DNA of 64,000 bases. It comes from an uncultured Acidobacteriota bacterium (GTDB lineage Bacteria > Acidobacteriota > Terriglobia > Acidiferrales > UBA7541). Under the pieces are notes generated by a model. That model was given only the letters and a program-made list of their open reading frames with translations. It was not told the DNA's origin and ran no database searches. A program made the translations under genes and the position numbers. Shown here piece after piece: positions 33,881 through 43,785 of the stretch (the stretch's first letter is position 1; the number at the start of each line of letters is the position of its first letter). The stretch covers positions 728,856 to 792,855 of the forward strand of contig CAVVKE010000002.1 of NCBI GenBank assembly GCA_963748845.1, read 5' to 3'.

Positions 33881-34639
33881 ATGGAAAGTATCAAAGCCGT
33901 GCTGCTCGTCGGCGGTATGGGGACGCGCCTGCGCTCGGTCGCTCCATCCAAACCTAAGCCGCTGGTCTCCGTCGGAGAAAAGCCGTTCCTTGAATTGCTG
34001 GTCCGGCAACTTAGCTCCCAGGGAATTCGTCGTTTGGTGATGTGCTCGGGGTATCTCGCCGACCAGATCGAAAGCGAATTCGGTGATGGCCATTCCCGGG
34101 ATGTTGCGATTGAATACTCGAAAGAGTTGCAACCGGTCGGCACTGCCGGCGCTGTAAAACTTGCCCAACATTTACTTGGAGATGCTTCCGATTTCCTGGT
34201 GATGAACGGCGACTCATTTTTGGAGATCGATTTCGACCGTCTAATTCGATTCCATCGCGAACGTGGTGGATTAGCAAGTATGGCTGTCCGGCGTGTAAAG
34301 AATGCATCTCGATTTGGATCAGTAACGATGGACACCCGTGGCCGAGTGATGGGCTTTTCGGAAAAAACCAGCAGCGATGCCCCAGGAATTGTGAACGCGG
34401 GCGTCTATGTCCTCGGTCGCGCTGTTCTCGAGCACATCCCGGAAGGACCAGCCAGCTTGGAAAGGGACGTTTTTCCGGAACTCCTCAAACACGGTGTGTA
34501 TGCGATGGAAGAGCATGGAATGTTCATCGACATAGGCACTCCGGAAGACTATGCGCGGGCTCAACAGATTTGCAACCAACTCTATGATGCTGCTTTGCAA
34601 GGCCAACAGTCCGGGTCCTCCCAAAACAAAGAGTTCTAA
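33881..34639 (+). CDS. hddC: Sugar-1-phosphate nucleotidylyltransferase, HddC-like heptose-1-phosphate guanylyltransferase
   Basis: KAVLLVGGMGTRLRSVAPSKPKPLV. Clusters with the gmhA, gmhB and hddA homologs. Confidence 0.7.
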   Translation: MESIKAVLLVGGMGTRLRSVAPSKPKPLVSVGEKPFLELLVRQLSSQGIRRLVMCSGYLADQIESEFGDGHSRDVAIEYSKELQPVGTAGAVKLAQHLLGDASDFLVMNGDSFLEIDFDRLIRFHRERGGLASMAVRRVKNASRFGSVTMDTRGRVMGFSEKTSSDAPGIVNAGVYVLGRAVLEHIPEGPASLERDVFPELLKHGVYAMEEHGMFIDIGTPEDYARAQQICNQLYDAALQGQQSGSSQNKEF

Positions 34640-34729
34640 TTCGATCCCGCCACGCCCGCGTGCGTTTTGAAGGGAAGGTTTAACGGCGTGGCTTATCTTT
34701 CCAATCAGACACTCACACATGGAGTGGGA

Positions 34730-35326
34730 ATGAAACAGACAGGTGATTTCAAGAATCGCGTGAACAGGTTGATCGAAGCTTCGATTGCCACGAAGCAGGC
34801 ACTGCTCAGCAGCACTGAAACCGTTTCAACAATCGCAAAGGTCAGTGAGATTGTGCTTGCCGCTTTCGAAAAAGGGCACAAGGTATTTCTGTTCGGCAAT
34901 GGCGGCAGCGCAGCAGATGCTCAACATATTGCGGCCGAGTTTGTGGGACGATTCGCCTTTGACCGGCCCGCATTGCCTGCGTTGGCCTTGTCCGTAAACA
35001 GTTCGTGCGTCACCGCCATCGGAAATGATTACGGGTTTGACCGGGTCTTCGCGCGCCAGATTGAAGCTCTGGGAAATGCGGGGGATGTCGCCATCGGCAT
35101 CTCAACCAGCGGAAATTCGCCGAATGTGCAGGGCGGATTGACCGAGGCAAAGAAAAAGGGGATACACACAGTCGCTTTGACAGGGGCCAGCGGCGGAAAG
35201 CTTAAGAATGCGGTGGACCACTGCATTTGCGCGCCCTCCAACGAAACCCCTCGCATTCAGGAATGCCACATTCTGATCGGGCACATCATTTCAGAACTTG
35301 TGGAGGAGCGTCTTTTTCATGGATAA
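34730..35326 (+). CDS. gmhA: Phosphoheptose isomerase (SIS domain)
   Basis: KVFLFGNGGSAADAQHIAAEF and GISTSGNSPNV are collinear with E. coli GmhA. Confidence 0.85.
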   Translation: MKQTGDFKNRVNRLIEASIATKQALLSSTETVSTIAKVSEIVLAAFEKGHKVFLFGNGGSAADAQHIAAEFVGRFAFDRPALPALALSVNSSCVTAIGNDYGFDRVFARQIEALGNAGDVAIGISTSGNSPNVQGGLTEAKKKGIHTVALTGASGGKLKNAVDHCICAPSNETPRIQECHILIGHIISELVEERLFHG

Positions 35327-35936
35327 GGCCGCATTTCTGGATCGCGACGGAGTCATCAACCGAAAGGCCCCTTCGGAAGGCCAGTATGTAACGCGCTGGG
35401 AGGATATCCAGATTCTGCCGGGAACGGTTGAGGCCATCGCCATGTTCAACCGGGCAAAGTTTCGCGTCATTATCGTTACAAACCAGCGATGTGTCGCGAA
35501 CGGGCTGATTACGGCCGCCGAGTTGGAGTCCCTACATCAGCGATTGTGCGAATGCTTGGCAAGCGCCGGCGCAACCATCGATGCAGTTTATTACTGCCCG
35601 CATGGACTGCAACCCCCTTGCGCTTGCCGTAAACCTCAGCCGGGAATGCTCTTGCAGGCTGCGCGCGCACATGAGATCGATCTGACCGAGTCGTGGATGA
35701 TCGGTGATTCCATTAAAGATGTCGAAGCCGGCAGAAACGCTGGATGCAAAACCGCCCAACTACTAAGTGACGGCGCGCCCGAAAGCGACATTGCGGATGT
35801 GATTGCGCCGTCCCTGCTCGAAGCAACCCAAAGGATCCTCCGGAAGGAGAAAATCACCGCTGATCGGCGAGACATTACTGCAAGTCAAGGTGATTATCGG
35901 GACCCCGACTCCGCGCGAGGAAATTTTGGCCGATAA
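35319..35936 (+). CDS. gmhB: D,D-heptose 1,7-bisphosphate phosphatase (HAD family)
   Basis: AAFLDRDGVIN, VTNQ, YYCPH...CACRKPQPGML and GDSIKD are collinear with GmhB. Confidence 0.8.
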   Translation: MDKAAFLDRDGVINRKAPSEGQYVTRWEDIQILPGTVEAIAMFNRAKFRVIIVTNQRCVANGLITAAELESLHQRLCECLASAGATIDAVYYCPHGLQPPCACRKPQPGMLLQAARAHEIDLTESWMIGDSIKDVEAGRNAGCKTAQLLSDGAPESDIADVIAPSLLEATQRILRKEKITADRRDITASQGDYRDPDSARGNFGR

Positions 35937-36055
35937 CATCTGTCCGCATTGAAGATTAAATTAGCTTTGATGTCATTTCGGATTTTGATCGAGATGGATT
36001 ACCTACGCGGAGTGAAGACGCTCCCGTCGTACCTTTGGATTCGAAAGGTGAACAC

Positions 36056-37120
36056 GTGATAATCACTAGCACTCCGCTTCGCATATCGTTCTTCGGTGGC
36101 GGCACGGATTATCCTGTCTGGTACCGTGAGCACGGGGGCGCTGTATTGGCCACCACGATTGACAAGTGCTGTTACATAACTTGTCGGCTCCTGCCGCCCT
36201 TTTTCGAATACCACAGTCGCATCTCCTATTCGAAGGTCGAAAACGTCGTCAGGAACGGTGCCATCGAGCACCCTTCGGTCCGGGCATGCCTGCAATTCCA
36301 CGGGATTGAGGAGGGCGTCGAAGTTCACCATGTGGCCGACCTGCCTGCTCGAACCGGATTGGGCACGAGTTCAGCGTTTACTGTGGGCCTTCTCCTGGGT
36401 CTGTACGCACTCAAGGACCGAATGCGGGATAAGCACGCACTCGCCGCCGATGCGATATTTGTCGAGCAGGAATTGCTGAAAGAGGCGGTTGGCTCGCAAG
36501 ATCAAGTGTGCGCCGCACATGGGGGCTTCAATCGCATCAACTTCCAACCGGATGGCACCATTGAGGTAAAACGCCTCCTCACCGCGCAAAGCAGAATCCA
36601 TGAACTCGAACAAAACCTGGCGCTCTACTTTACCGGTTTTTCAAGAATTGCCTCGGAAATCGCCCAAGAACAGCTCCGAGTGACGCCTCAAAAAGAGAAG
36701 GAGTTGAACATGATGCATCAGCTCGTCAACGAAGCTGAGAGCATCATTTCGAATCCCACCCGCTCCCTTGATGAATTTGGCCGTTTGCTGCACGAGGGTT
36801 GGAAATTAAAGAGATCGCTGACGCAAAGGATCACAAATGCCGCTATTGATGAGATCTATGAGGCTGGTCTCAGCGCCGGCGCTCTTGGCGGCAAACTCCT
36901 GGGCGCAGGCGGAGGCGGCTTTATGCTCTTCTTCGTACCGCCCGAGCGGCGCGATGCGTTGCGGATGCGGTTGAAGAAGCACTTGTGCGTTCCATTCAAG
37001 TTCTCGAGTGCCGGCAGTCATGTAGTCGTATATGAACCAGAAGAGGCGTACGACGTTTCACTTGCAAGAGAGCGGCGCGAAATATATTCATTGCATGGCG
37101 CCACTGTCGAGAACAGTTAG
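36056..37120 (+). CDS. hddA: GHMP kinase, HddA-like D-glycero-D-manno-heptose 7-phosphate kinase
   Basis: IITSTPLRISFFGGGTDYPVWY, then the GHMP motif ADLPARTGLGTSSAF. A GTG at 36056 after AAGGTG is the preferred start; a TTG at 36035 is also possible. Confidence 0.75.
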   Translation: MIITSTPLRISFFGGGTDYPVWYREHGGAVLATTIDKCCYITCRLLPPFFEYHSRISYSKVENVVRNGAIEHPSVRACLQFHGIEEGVEVHHVADLPARTGLGTSSAFTVGLLLGLYALKDRMRDKHALAADAIFVEQELLKEAVGSQDQVCAAHGGFNRINFQPDGTIEVKRLLTAQSRIHELEQNLALYFTGFSRIASEIAQEQLRVTPQKEKELNMMHQLVNEAESIISNPTRSLDEFGRLLHEGWKLKRSLTQRITNAAIDEIYEAGLSAGALGGKLLGAGGGGFMLFFVPPERRDALRMRLKKHLCVPFKFSSAGSHVVVYEPEEAYDVSLARERREIYSLHGATVENS

Positions 37121-37279
37121 GGCAAACAGTCTTATCGCAAATCAGCATTCGAGCCTCCATCCCGGAAGGGTCGAGGAAACCTGCGCGGTGCGATCAACAT
37201 AGGTAGGCGTACCCTAAATGGCAACAATCAAGCCTTGAGTTGGATATCCATTCTCCAGCTTATCTGACAGGATTATCTT

Positions 37280-38326
37280 GTGAACGAAAACAATCAGATT
37301 ATCGGTCATGACGACCAGATATTGATCACCGGGTCGAACGGTTTCATCGGGTCCAGAGTGGTCGAGACATTGATCCGGCTTGGTTTCACGAACCTTCGCT
37401 GCTTTGTGCGGCCTTCGAGTAATTTAGCCCGTCTTCGCAAAATTCTCGCATCTGCCAGGGAAGTCCGGGCCGAGGTGGTTCCGGGAAACCTACTCTCCCG
37501 CGAGGACTGCGCTGAGGCCGCAAAAGACGCGAAAGTGATTTTCCATTTGGCTGCGGGAATCGAAAAGACCTTTCCAGGCTCCTTCATGAATTCTGTCGTG
37601 ACCACGAGAAACCTATTGGATGCCGTCCTGAGATTCGGCGCCCTGAAGCGTTTCGTTAACATTAGTTCCTTCGCGACATACTCGACCTGGAACATGAGAT
37701 CCGGATCATTACTCGATGAAACGTGCGAACTGGAAAGCAAGCCTGTTGAAAGGGGCGAAGCCTACGCCTTCGCAAAATTGAAGCAAGACGAATTGGTCAT
37801 CGAATATGCGTCCAAATACCATATCCCGTACGTCATCGTGCGCCCGGGGGCGGTTTACGGCCCCGGCGGCCATCTGACATCTCGAGTCGGTATTGACACA
37901 TTCGGATTGTTTCTCCATCTCGGAGGGTCGAATCAGATCCCCCTAACCTATGTTGATAATTGCGCCGAGGCCATCGTTCTGGCCGGTATAAAGCGTGGGG
38001 TCGACGGTGAGGTCTTCAATGTGGTGGATGATGACCTGCCCAGCAGCAGAAAATTCCTACGAATGTACAAGAAGCGCGCCAAAAACTTCAAATCCATCTT
38101 TGTTCCCTATTCAATCTTCTATGGTTTCTGCTGGGCTTGGGAAAAATACTCTGCGTGGTCGGAAGGCCAGTTGCCCGCGGCTTTCAACCGCCGACGCTGC
38201 GCCACTTATTGGAAGGGGAATCGATACAGTAATCAAAAGCTGAAAGATCGTCTGGGCTGGAAGCCTGCGGTCCCTTTTGCGGAAGCTTCAAGCCGTTACT
38301 TCGAATATGTAAGGAAGGCGAGTTAG
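37280..38326 (+). CDS. NAD-dependent epimerase/dehydratase family (extended SDR)
   Basis: ILITGSNGFIGSRVV, then YAFAK (YxxxK). Confidence 0.7.
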   Translation: MNENNQIIGHDDQILITGSNGFIGSRVVETLIRLGFTNLRCFVRPSSNLARLRKILASAREVRAEVVPGNLLSREDCAEAAKDAKVIFHLAAGIEKTFPGSFMNSVVTTRNLLDAVLRFGALKRFVNISSFATYSTWNMRSGSLLDETCELESKPVERGEAYAFAKLKQDELVIEYASKYHIPYVIVRPGAVYGPGGHLTSRVGIDTFGLFLHLGGSNQIPLTYVDNCAEAIVLAGIKRGVDGEVFNVVDDDLPSSRKFLRMYKKRAKNFKSIFVPYSIFYGFCWAWEKYSAWSEGQLPAAFNRRRCATYWKGNRYSNQKLKDRLGWKPAVPFAEASSRYFEYVRKAS

Positions 38327-38329
38327 CCG

Positions 38330-39457
38330 ATGCTCAGAGTAGCCATCGTTGGATGTGGCAAGATCGCGGATCAGCATGTGGAGCAGATCCTGCGAATACC
38401 GGATTGTGAGATCGTCGCGGTTTGCGACCGCGAGGAGCTGATGGCCAAGCAGCTTCAGGAGCGGCTGGTGACCCCCAAGTATTTCGTAGAGGTGAAAGAT
38501 CTCCTCCACGAGTCCAAACCGGATGTGGTTCACATCACAACAACACCTCAGACCCACTACTCGATCGGAAAATTGTGCCTCGAGGCTGGCAGCCACGTTT
38601 ATGTGGAGAAGCCTTTTACAATCACGTATGAGGAAGCGAAAGAGTTGATACAGATTGCGGAACGCAACAACCTGAAATTGACCGTCGGACACAATGCACA
38701 ATTCTCTCATGCGGCCAATCGAATGCGCGCGCTTGTCAAGGAAGGCTATTTGGGAGGCCCTCCCGTGCATTTGGAGAGCTACTACTGTTATGACCTCAGC
38801 GACCCCGGTTATGCCAAGGCGCTCTTGGGAGATAGCTCTCACTGGGTCCGGAAATTGCCGGGCGGTTTACTGCAGAACACCATCAGTCACGGCGTCTGCA
38901 GAATCGCAGAGTTTCTAACAGGGGACTCCCTCGAAGTAATCGCTTATGGATTCACGAGCGGGCTCCTGAGAAGTATTGGAGAGACGGAAATCATCGATGA
39001 GTTGCGGGTCATCCTTCACGACGGCACAACGACGGCTTACTTCACCTTCTCGTCGCAGATGCGGCCCTCATTGCACATGTTGCGGTTGTATGGATCGAAG
39101 AACGGTTTGACCCTGGACGAAATGCAGCAGACGGTAATTAAGATGAAGGGCAAACCTTATAAGAGCTATCTGGAGCAATTTCTACCGCCGTGGAATTACG
39201 CAAAGCAATACCTCGGCAACTCCCTGGGAAATATGAAGAAATTCGCCAAGGCGGATTTCCAGGCGGGCTATGGCATGAAATACCTGATACGCCAGTTCTA
39301 TCGCTCGATCACGGAAGCCTCGGAATTACCGATATCCTATCGGGAAATCTTGCAAACCTCGCGAATCATGGATGAGATCTTCTCTCAGTTAAGCTCGAAG
39401 AAGAACACCATGAGGGTCGGGCATATTGAGGAAGTACTTGTTGAGGGCCAACGGTGA
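38330..39457 (+). CDS. Gfo/Idh/MocA family oxidoreductase
   Basis: LRVAIVGCGKIADQH, then GSHVYVEKPF. Confidence 0.75.
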   Translation: MLRVAIVGCGKIADQHVEQILRIPDCEIVAVCDREELMAKQLQERLVTPKYFVEVKDLLHESKPDVVHITTTPQTHYSIGKLCLEAGSHVYVEKPFTITYEEAKELIQIAERNNLKLTVGHNAQFSHAANRMRALVKEGYLGGPPVHLESYYCYDLSDPGYAKALLGDSSHWVRKLPGGLLQNTISHGVCRIAEFLTGDSLEVIAYGFTSGLLRSIGETEIIDELRVILHDGTTTAYFTFSSQMRPSLHMLRLYGSKNGLTLDEMQQTVIKMKGKPYKSYLEQFLPPWNYAKQYLGNSLGNMKKFAKADFQAGYGMKYLIRQFYRSITEASELPISYREILQTSRIMDEIFSQLSSKKNTMRVGHIEEVLVEGQR

Positions 39458-40392
39458 TGTCACAAACGAACCAACGCATCAATCACGCTTCATATGTCCT
39501 GATTACCCCTGCTCATAATGAGGAGGGGTTCATCGAGAATCTAATCCAATCGGTGATAAATCAAACTGCTTTACCAACCAAATGGGTGATCGTGAACGAT
39601 GGATCGACAGATGCGACAGCGAGCATCGTGGGGAGATACGTCTCAATGTACCCCTGGATGGAAATGGTCGATTTACCAAAACGCAGGGATCGAAGCTTCG
39701 CAGCCAAAGTGAGCGCCTTCAACGCAGGCTATGAAAGAGTAAAGGACCTTGCGTATGAGGTCATAGGTTGTCTGGATGCAGATGTTTCGTTCGATGAGGA
39801 TTATTTTGAATTTCTGATGGACAAATTCAGAGAGGACTCCAATCTTGGAGTCGGTGGAACAATTTTCAAACAAGACGGCTACAGTTCAGATACGGATAGT
39901 TTCGAGGGTGAGAACCACGTGGCCGGCGGTTGCCAGATGTTCCGGCGGCAATGCTTTGAGGAAATTGGCGGATATATCCCAAATAGGGCCGGAGGGATTG
40001 ACTGGATCGCGGTCACAACTGCCCGAATGATGGGTTGGAGGACTCGATCCTTTCGAGAGAAATCGTTCTTCCATCACCGCAGCTTGGGAACGGCTGAACG
40101 TTCGCTGATGGCCTCAGCTTTTTCATATGGAGAGAAGGACTACTACCTGGGCGGGCACCCAGTCTGGGAGTTCTTCAGGTTCGCCTACAAATCAACGCAG
40201 AAGCCTTATCTGGTGGGCGGCGTCGTTTTGTATTCGGGATACTTGTCGGCCTTTCTTCGCCAGATGAAGCGGCCTATTTCAAAGGAACTCATGGCATTTC
40301 ATCGCAAAGAACAGATGCAAAAACTGAAGGCGATATTGAAATCCTTGGTGAAGTATAGACGGCTGGATAGTTTCCGGGTCACGCCGAGTTAA
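39457..40392 (+). CDS. Glycosyltransferase family 2
   Basis: YVLITPAHNEEGFIENLIQSVINQT, then VIVNDGSTD, then the LDAD motif. Confidence 0.8.
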   Translation: MSQTNQRINHASYVLITPAHNEEGFIENLIQSVINQTALPTKWVIVNDGSTDATASIVGRYVSMYPWMEMVDLPKRRDRSFAAKVSAFNAGYERVKDLAYEVIGCLDADVSFDEDYFEFLMDKFREDSNLGVGGTIFKQDGYSSDTDSFEGENHVAGGCQMFRRQCFEEIGGYIPNRAGGIDWIAVTTARMMGWRTRSFREKSFFHHRSLGTAERSLMASAFSYGEKDYYLGGHPVWEFFRFAYKSTQKPYLVGGVVLYSGYLSAFLRQMKRPISKELMAFHRKEQMQKLKAILKSLVKYRRLDSFRVTPS

Positions 40393-40423
40393 TTCACCTT
40401 TCGGTCCGAACGAATCCATTTCA

Positions 40424-41641
40424 ATGACAGAAACACAACAAGTGGAAAAAGTTCAAGCGGCCGTACTGCGCTTCGTCGGATGGCTTGATCGCTATGGCGA
40501 AACGTCTTACGACCATCAAAGTTTTTTCGCAAGTAAGTTTGGGAGAAGCGCCAAGGCTCTCTATTACAAGAGGCCGCTGCTGGGGAAACTGGCGGTTTCT
40601 CCAATGATTTTTTGTGAGGCATTTGTTCCCTCGGCTCGAACACTCTTTTGGAAGCCGCAGCGATTTCCGATTGCAGACGCCCACTATGCCATGGGATTCG
40701 CGTTCCTCTCCGAAACTCTCGGTGAGGAGCAGTACTATCAACGAGCTGTCCATTTCCTTGAGGTGCTCAAGCAAACCCGGTGCCCAGGCTTTGAACGGTA
40801 CGCTTGGGGATACCCTTTCAGTTGGGAAGGGAGAAGTGGCACCGTCAAAGAAGGAACTCCCCTCATAACGACCCTCCCTTATGCCTATGAAGCTTTTTGG
40901 CAAGTTCATCATATTGACGGAAAGCAGGAGTGGCAGGAGATCATGCACTCGATTGCGGAGCATGCCTTCCTGGATTATCGCGATTACGAGACATCTCCGG
41001 TTGCTTCCAAGTGTGCATATTCTCCTGATCCCCGTGACGGGGGCGGAGTCATCAACGCGAGCGCCTACCGGGCATTTCTCCTAACCCGGGCGGCGGTGGA
41101 TTTCTCCGAGGAAAAGTATCGAATCGCCTCTGAAAGAAACATGAACTTTGTCATCGAGTCCCAAAACGCGGATGGCTCCTGGTATTACTCAAACGATGGT
41201 CAGAGAGACTTCGTGGATCACTTTCACACCTGCTTTGTCATGAAAGCATTGGCAAAAATCGAGGCAATCACAGGATCGCCCGCATGCACCAAATCGATTG
41301 AAAGGGGAGTTGATTACTATACGAAGAATCTGTTTGATGCGAACCATTCGCCCAAGCCCTTCTCCCGCTCCCCTCGCCTGACGGTCTATCGTCAAGAACT
41401 GTACGATCTGGCTGAGTGTATCAACGTGGCAGTTTTGTTGAGAGGCCGCTTTCCGGCGCTAGACGAAATCCTGGCGAATGCCCTCGAGTTGAAGGGATGG
41501 CTGAAATCCGACGGGTCGTTCCGGAGCCGCCGACTTCTCCTTGGTTGGGACAATGTTCCCATGCACCGCTGGGCTCAATCACAGATGTTTAGAAGTCTGT
41601 GTTTGCTGCTCTACAAGAGCAAACAGATCTCTGCGCCCTAG
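40424..41641 (+). CDS. Hypothetical protein, probably an (alpha/alpha)6-toroid fold
   Basis: QNADGSWYYSNDG resembles the prenyltransferase / squalene-cyclase-type repeat. No catalytic assignment is possible. Confidence 0.5.
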   Translation: MTETQQVEKVQAAVLRFVGWLDRYGETSYDHQSFFASKFGRSAKALYYKRPLLGKLAVSPMIFCEAFVPSARTLFWKPQRFPIADAHYAMGFAFLSETLGEEQYYQRAVHFLEVLKQTRCPGFERYAWGYPFSWEGRSGTVKEGTPLITTLPYAYEAFWQVHHIDGKQEWQEIMHSIAEHAFLDYRDYETSPVASKCAYSPDPRDGGGVINASAYRAFLLTRAAVDFSEEKYRIASERNMNFVIESQNADGSWYYSNDGQRDFVDHFHTCFVMKALAKIEAITGSPACTKSIERGVDYYTKNLFDANHSPKPFSRSPRLTVYRQELYDLAECINVAVLLRGRFPALDEILANALELKGWLKSDGSFRSRRLLLGWDNVPMHRWAQSQMFRSLCLLLYKSKQISAP

Positions 41642-41662
41642 ACCCGGGAAGGAATCAATCTC

Positions 41663-43558
41663 ATGTGTGGAATTTGCGGACAATACAACTTTGGGAGCCG
41701 GGCGCCAGTGCTCCGGCGGGATATTGAAAGAATGACGCAGACCCTCGAGCACCGGGGGCCTGATGACAAAGGTTATTATGTTGCGGGACCCGTTGGGCTT
41801 GGTTTTCGGCGGCTTTCGATTATCGATCTCGATGGTGGTCACCAGCCCATGTCGGATCAGGAAGAATCCGTTTGGATTGTTTTCAACGGAGAGATCTACA
41901 ATTTCCCGGAATTGAAGCGTGAGCTGGAGGCGCTTGGCCATCAATTTCGAACGCGATGTGACACGGAAGTCATCATCCACGGTTACAAGCAGTGGGGCAT
42001 TGACGTACTCAATCACCTGAACGGGATGTTTGGTTTGGCGATCTGGGATGCGCAAAAAGAACGCCTGGTTATCGCTCGGGACGCATTTGGCATCAAGTTG
42101 GTGTACTACAAGATTGATTCGGATCGTGTTTCCTTTGGATCGGAGGTCCGACCCGTTGTGGCGGCCACAAACGAGAATCCTGAAGTTGATCCCATTTCTT
42201 TGAATCTTTTTCTCCGCTATCGCTATACCCCCTCGCCCCACACTGTGTTTAAAGGCGTTCAAAAGCTTGCCGCGGGAACGGTGCTCACGTTTGAGAAGGG
42301 CACATACAGCTTGAAGCGCTGGTATCAGTGCAGTCCCAAGCCATTCTCTTCATCAAAATCTACGGATGACGCTCGAGAGGAGTTGCTCGACCTCTACAAG
42401 AGGTCCGTGAAAAGACAATTGTTGAGCGACGTGCCGCTCGGACTGCTCTTGAGCGGCGGCGTCGATTCCGGCCTGTTGCTTGCTCTCATGAACCTGTACG
42501 GAAAGTCGTGGCATACCTATACCGTTGGGTATGGGTCAAGCTTTGCTGATGATGAACTGATTGATGCAGCCGATACTGCCGCTATGTTTTCTTCCCAACA
42601 TGCGGGCGTAACTCTTGATAGAGGGACCTTCGAGCGGGAACTCCCCCACATTATTTCATGCTTGGAAGAGCCGATCGCGTCGTCCTCAATTGTCCCCATG
42701 TATTTTGTCTGTCAAAGAGCCCGGGAAGATGTGAAGGTTGCGTTGGTCGGCCAAGGCCCGGATGAGTTGTTCGGCGGCTATCAGCGGCATATTGGCGTGC
42801 GGTATGGGGCATTGTGGGGTAATTCGCCGAAGTGGGTGCGGACGCCCATAGCTTCGCTTATAAGTGCGCTGCCGCGAAATGAGAGATTAAAAAGGGGTAT
42901 TTACGCGTTGGATGTCTCCGACAGAATGAAGAGATATCAGCATGTTTTGTCCCTTCTTCCCGGCGAAAAGGTCAACGGACTATTTCAAGAAGGAATGCTT
43001 GGCCCGGATGCAGGCGACGAAATCCTTACGTGCTGGCAGGACTTTTCCGGCCTCATGAGCCAGACGGACGAGCTTGGCGGTTTTCAATTCATGGAATTGC
43101 GATCCACTCTTCCCGATGAACTTCTTATGTACGCGGATAAGCTCTCGATGGCGCACAGTCTCGAAGTTAGAGTGCCCTATCTCGACAAAGAGATCGTGGA
43201 ATATGCTGAAAGGTTGCCGGCAAAATTCAAGGTGCGGAATGGGTCCGGTAAATGGCTTCACCGCCAAGTGTGCCAAGCCTTTCTTCCCGCTGCAATCCTG
43301 AAAAGGAAAAAACGCGGATTTGGCGTGAATGTTGTCGATGATTGGTTCCGCGACACGAAGCGCAGCAAAATGGAAGATATTCTCCTGGATAGAGAATCTC
43401 TCATCTATCAGTACCTGCGCCCGTCGGCGGTTCAGGAAATCTTCAATGAACATCGCACGGGTCAAAACGATAATCACAAGATTTTGTTTAGTCTTGTCGT
43501 ATTCGAAGAGTGGCTCAGAATCCACTGTCGCATAGAAGATTTCAGCGTTTCCCGCTAG
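41663..43558 (+). CDS. asnB: Asparagine synthase (glutamine-hydrolysing) family amidotransferase
   Basis: N-terminal MCGICG (Cys2 nucleophile), RGPDD, and the PP-loop LSGGVDSG. Confidence 0.85.
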   Translation: MCGICGQYNFGSRAPVLRRDIERMTQTLEHRGPDDKGYYVAGPVGLGFRRLSIIDLDGGHQPMSDQEESVWIVFNGEIYNFPELKRELEALGHQFRTRCDTEVIIHGYKQWGIDVLNHLNGMFGLAIWDAQKERLVIARDAFGIKLVYYKIDSDRVSFGSEVRPVVAATNENPEVDPISLNLFLRYRYTPSPHTVFKGVQKLAAGTVLTFEKGTYSLKRWYQCSPKPFSSSKSTDDAREELLDLYKRSVKRQLLSDVPLGLLLSGGVDSGLLLALMNLYGKSWHTYTVGYGSSFADDELIDAADTAAMFSSQHAGVTLDRGTFERELPHIISCLEEPIASSSIVPMYFVCQRAREDVKVALVGQGPDELFGGYQRHIGVRYGALWGNSPKWVRTPIASLISALPRNERLKRGIYALDVSDRMKRYQHVLSLLPGEKVNGLFQEGMLGPDAGDEILTCWQDFSGLMSQTDELGGFQFMELRSTLPDELLMYADKLSMAHSLEVRVPYLDKEIVEYAERLPAKFKVRNGSGKWLHRQVCQAFLPAAILKRKKRGFGVNVVDDWFRDTKRSKMEDILLDRESLIYQYLRPSAVQEIFNEHRTGQNDNHKILFSLVVFEEWLRIHCRIEDFSVSR

Positions 43559-43785
43559 ACATTGAATGGGCGCAGTTGTATTTGTACGGCTTGCAGGAAG
43601 GAACTGGCCGGAAGGTGCGTCGTCCCAGCAGAAGGGACAGTGCAGGTTGGATCTTGCCCGCCATGCCAGTCTTCGCGAAATGGTACAGCTCCAATGACTG
43701 TACAAGAACTGGACTTTAGGCCAGTGGGCTTGGGTTTAGTCGGGCGGCTATTCTGATTGATATCGGGATCTGGAGGAGTTCACAG

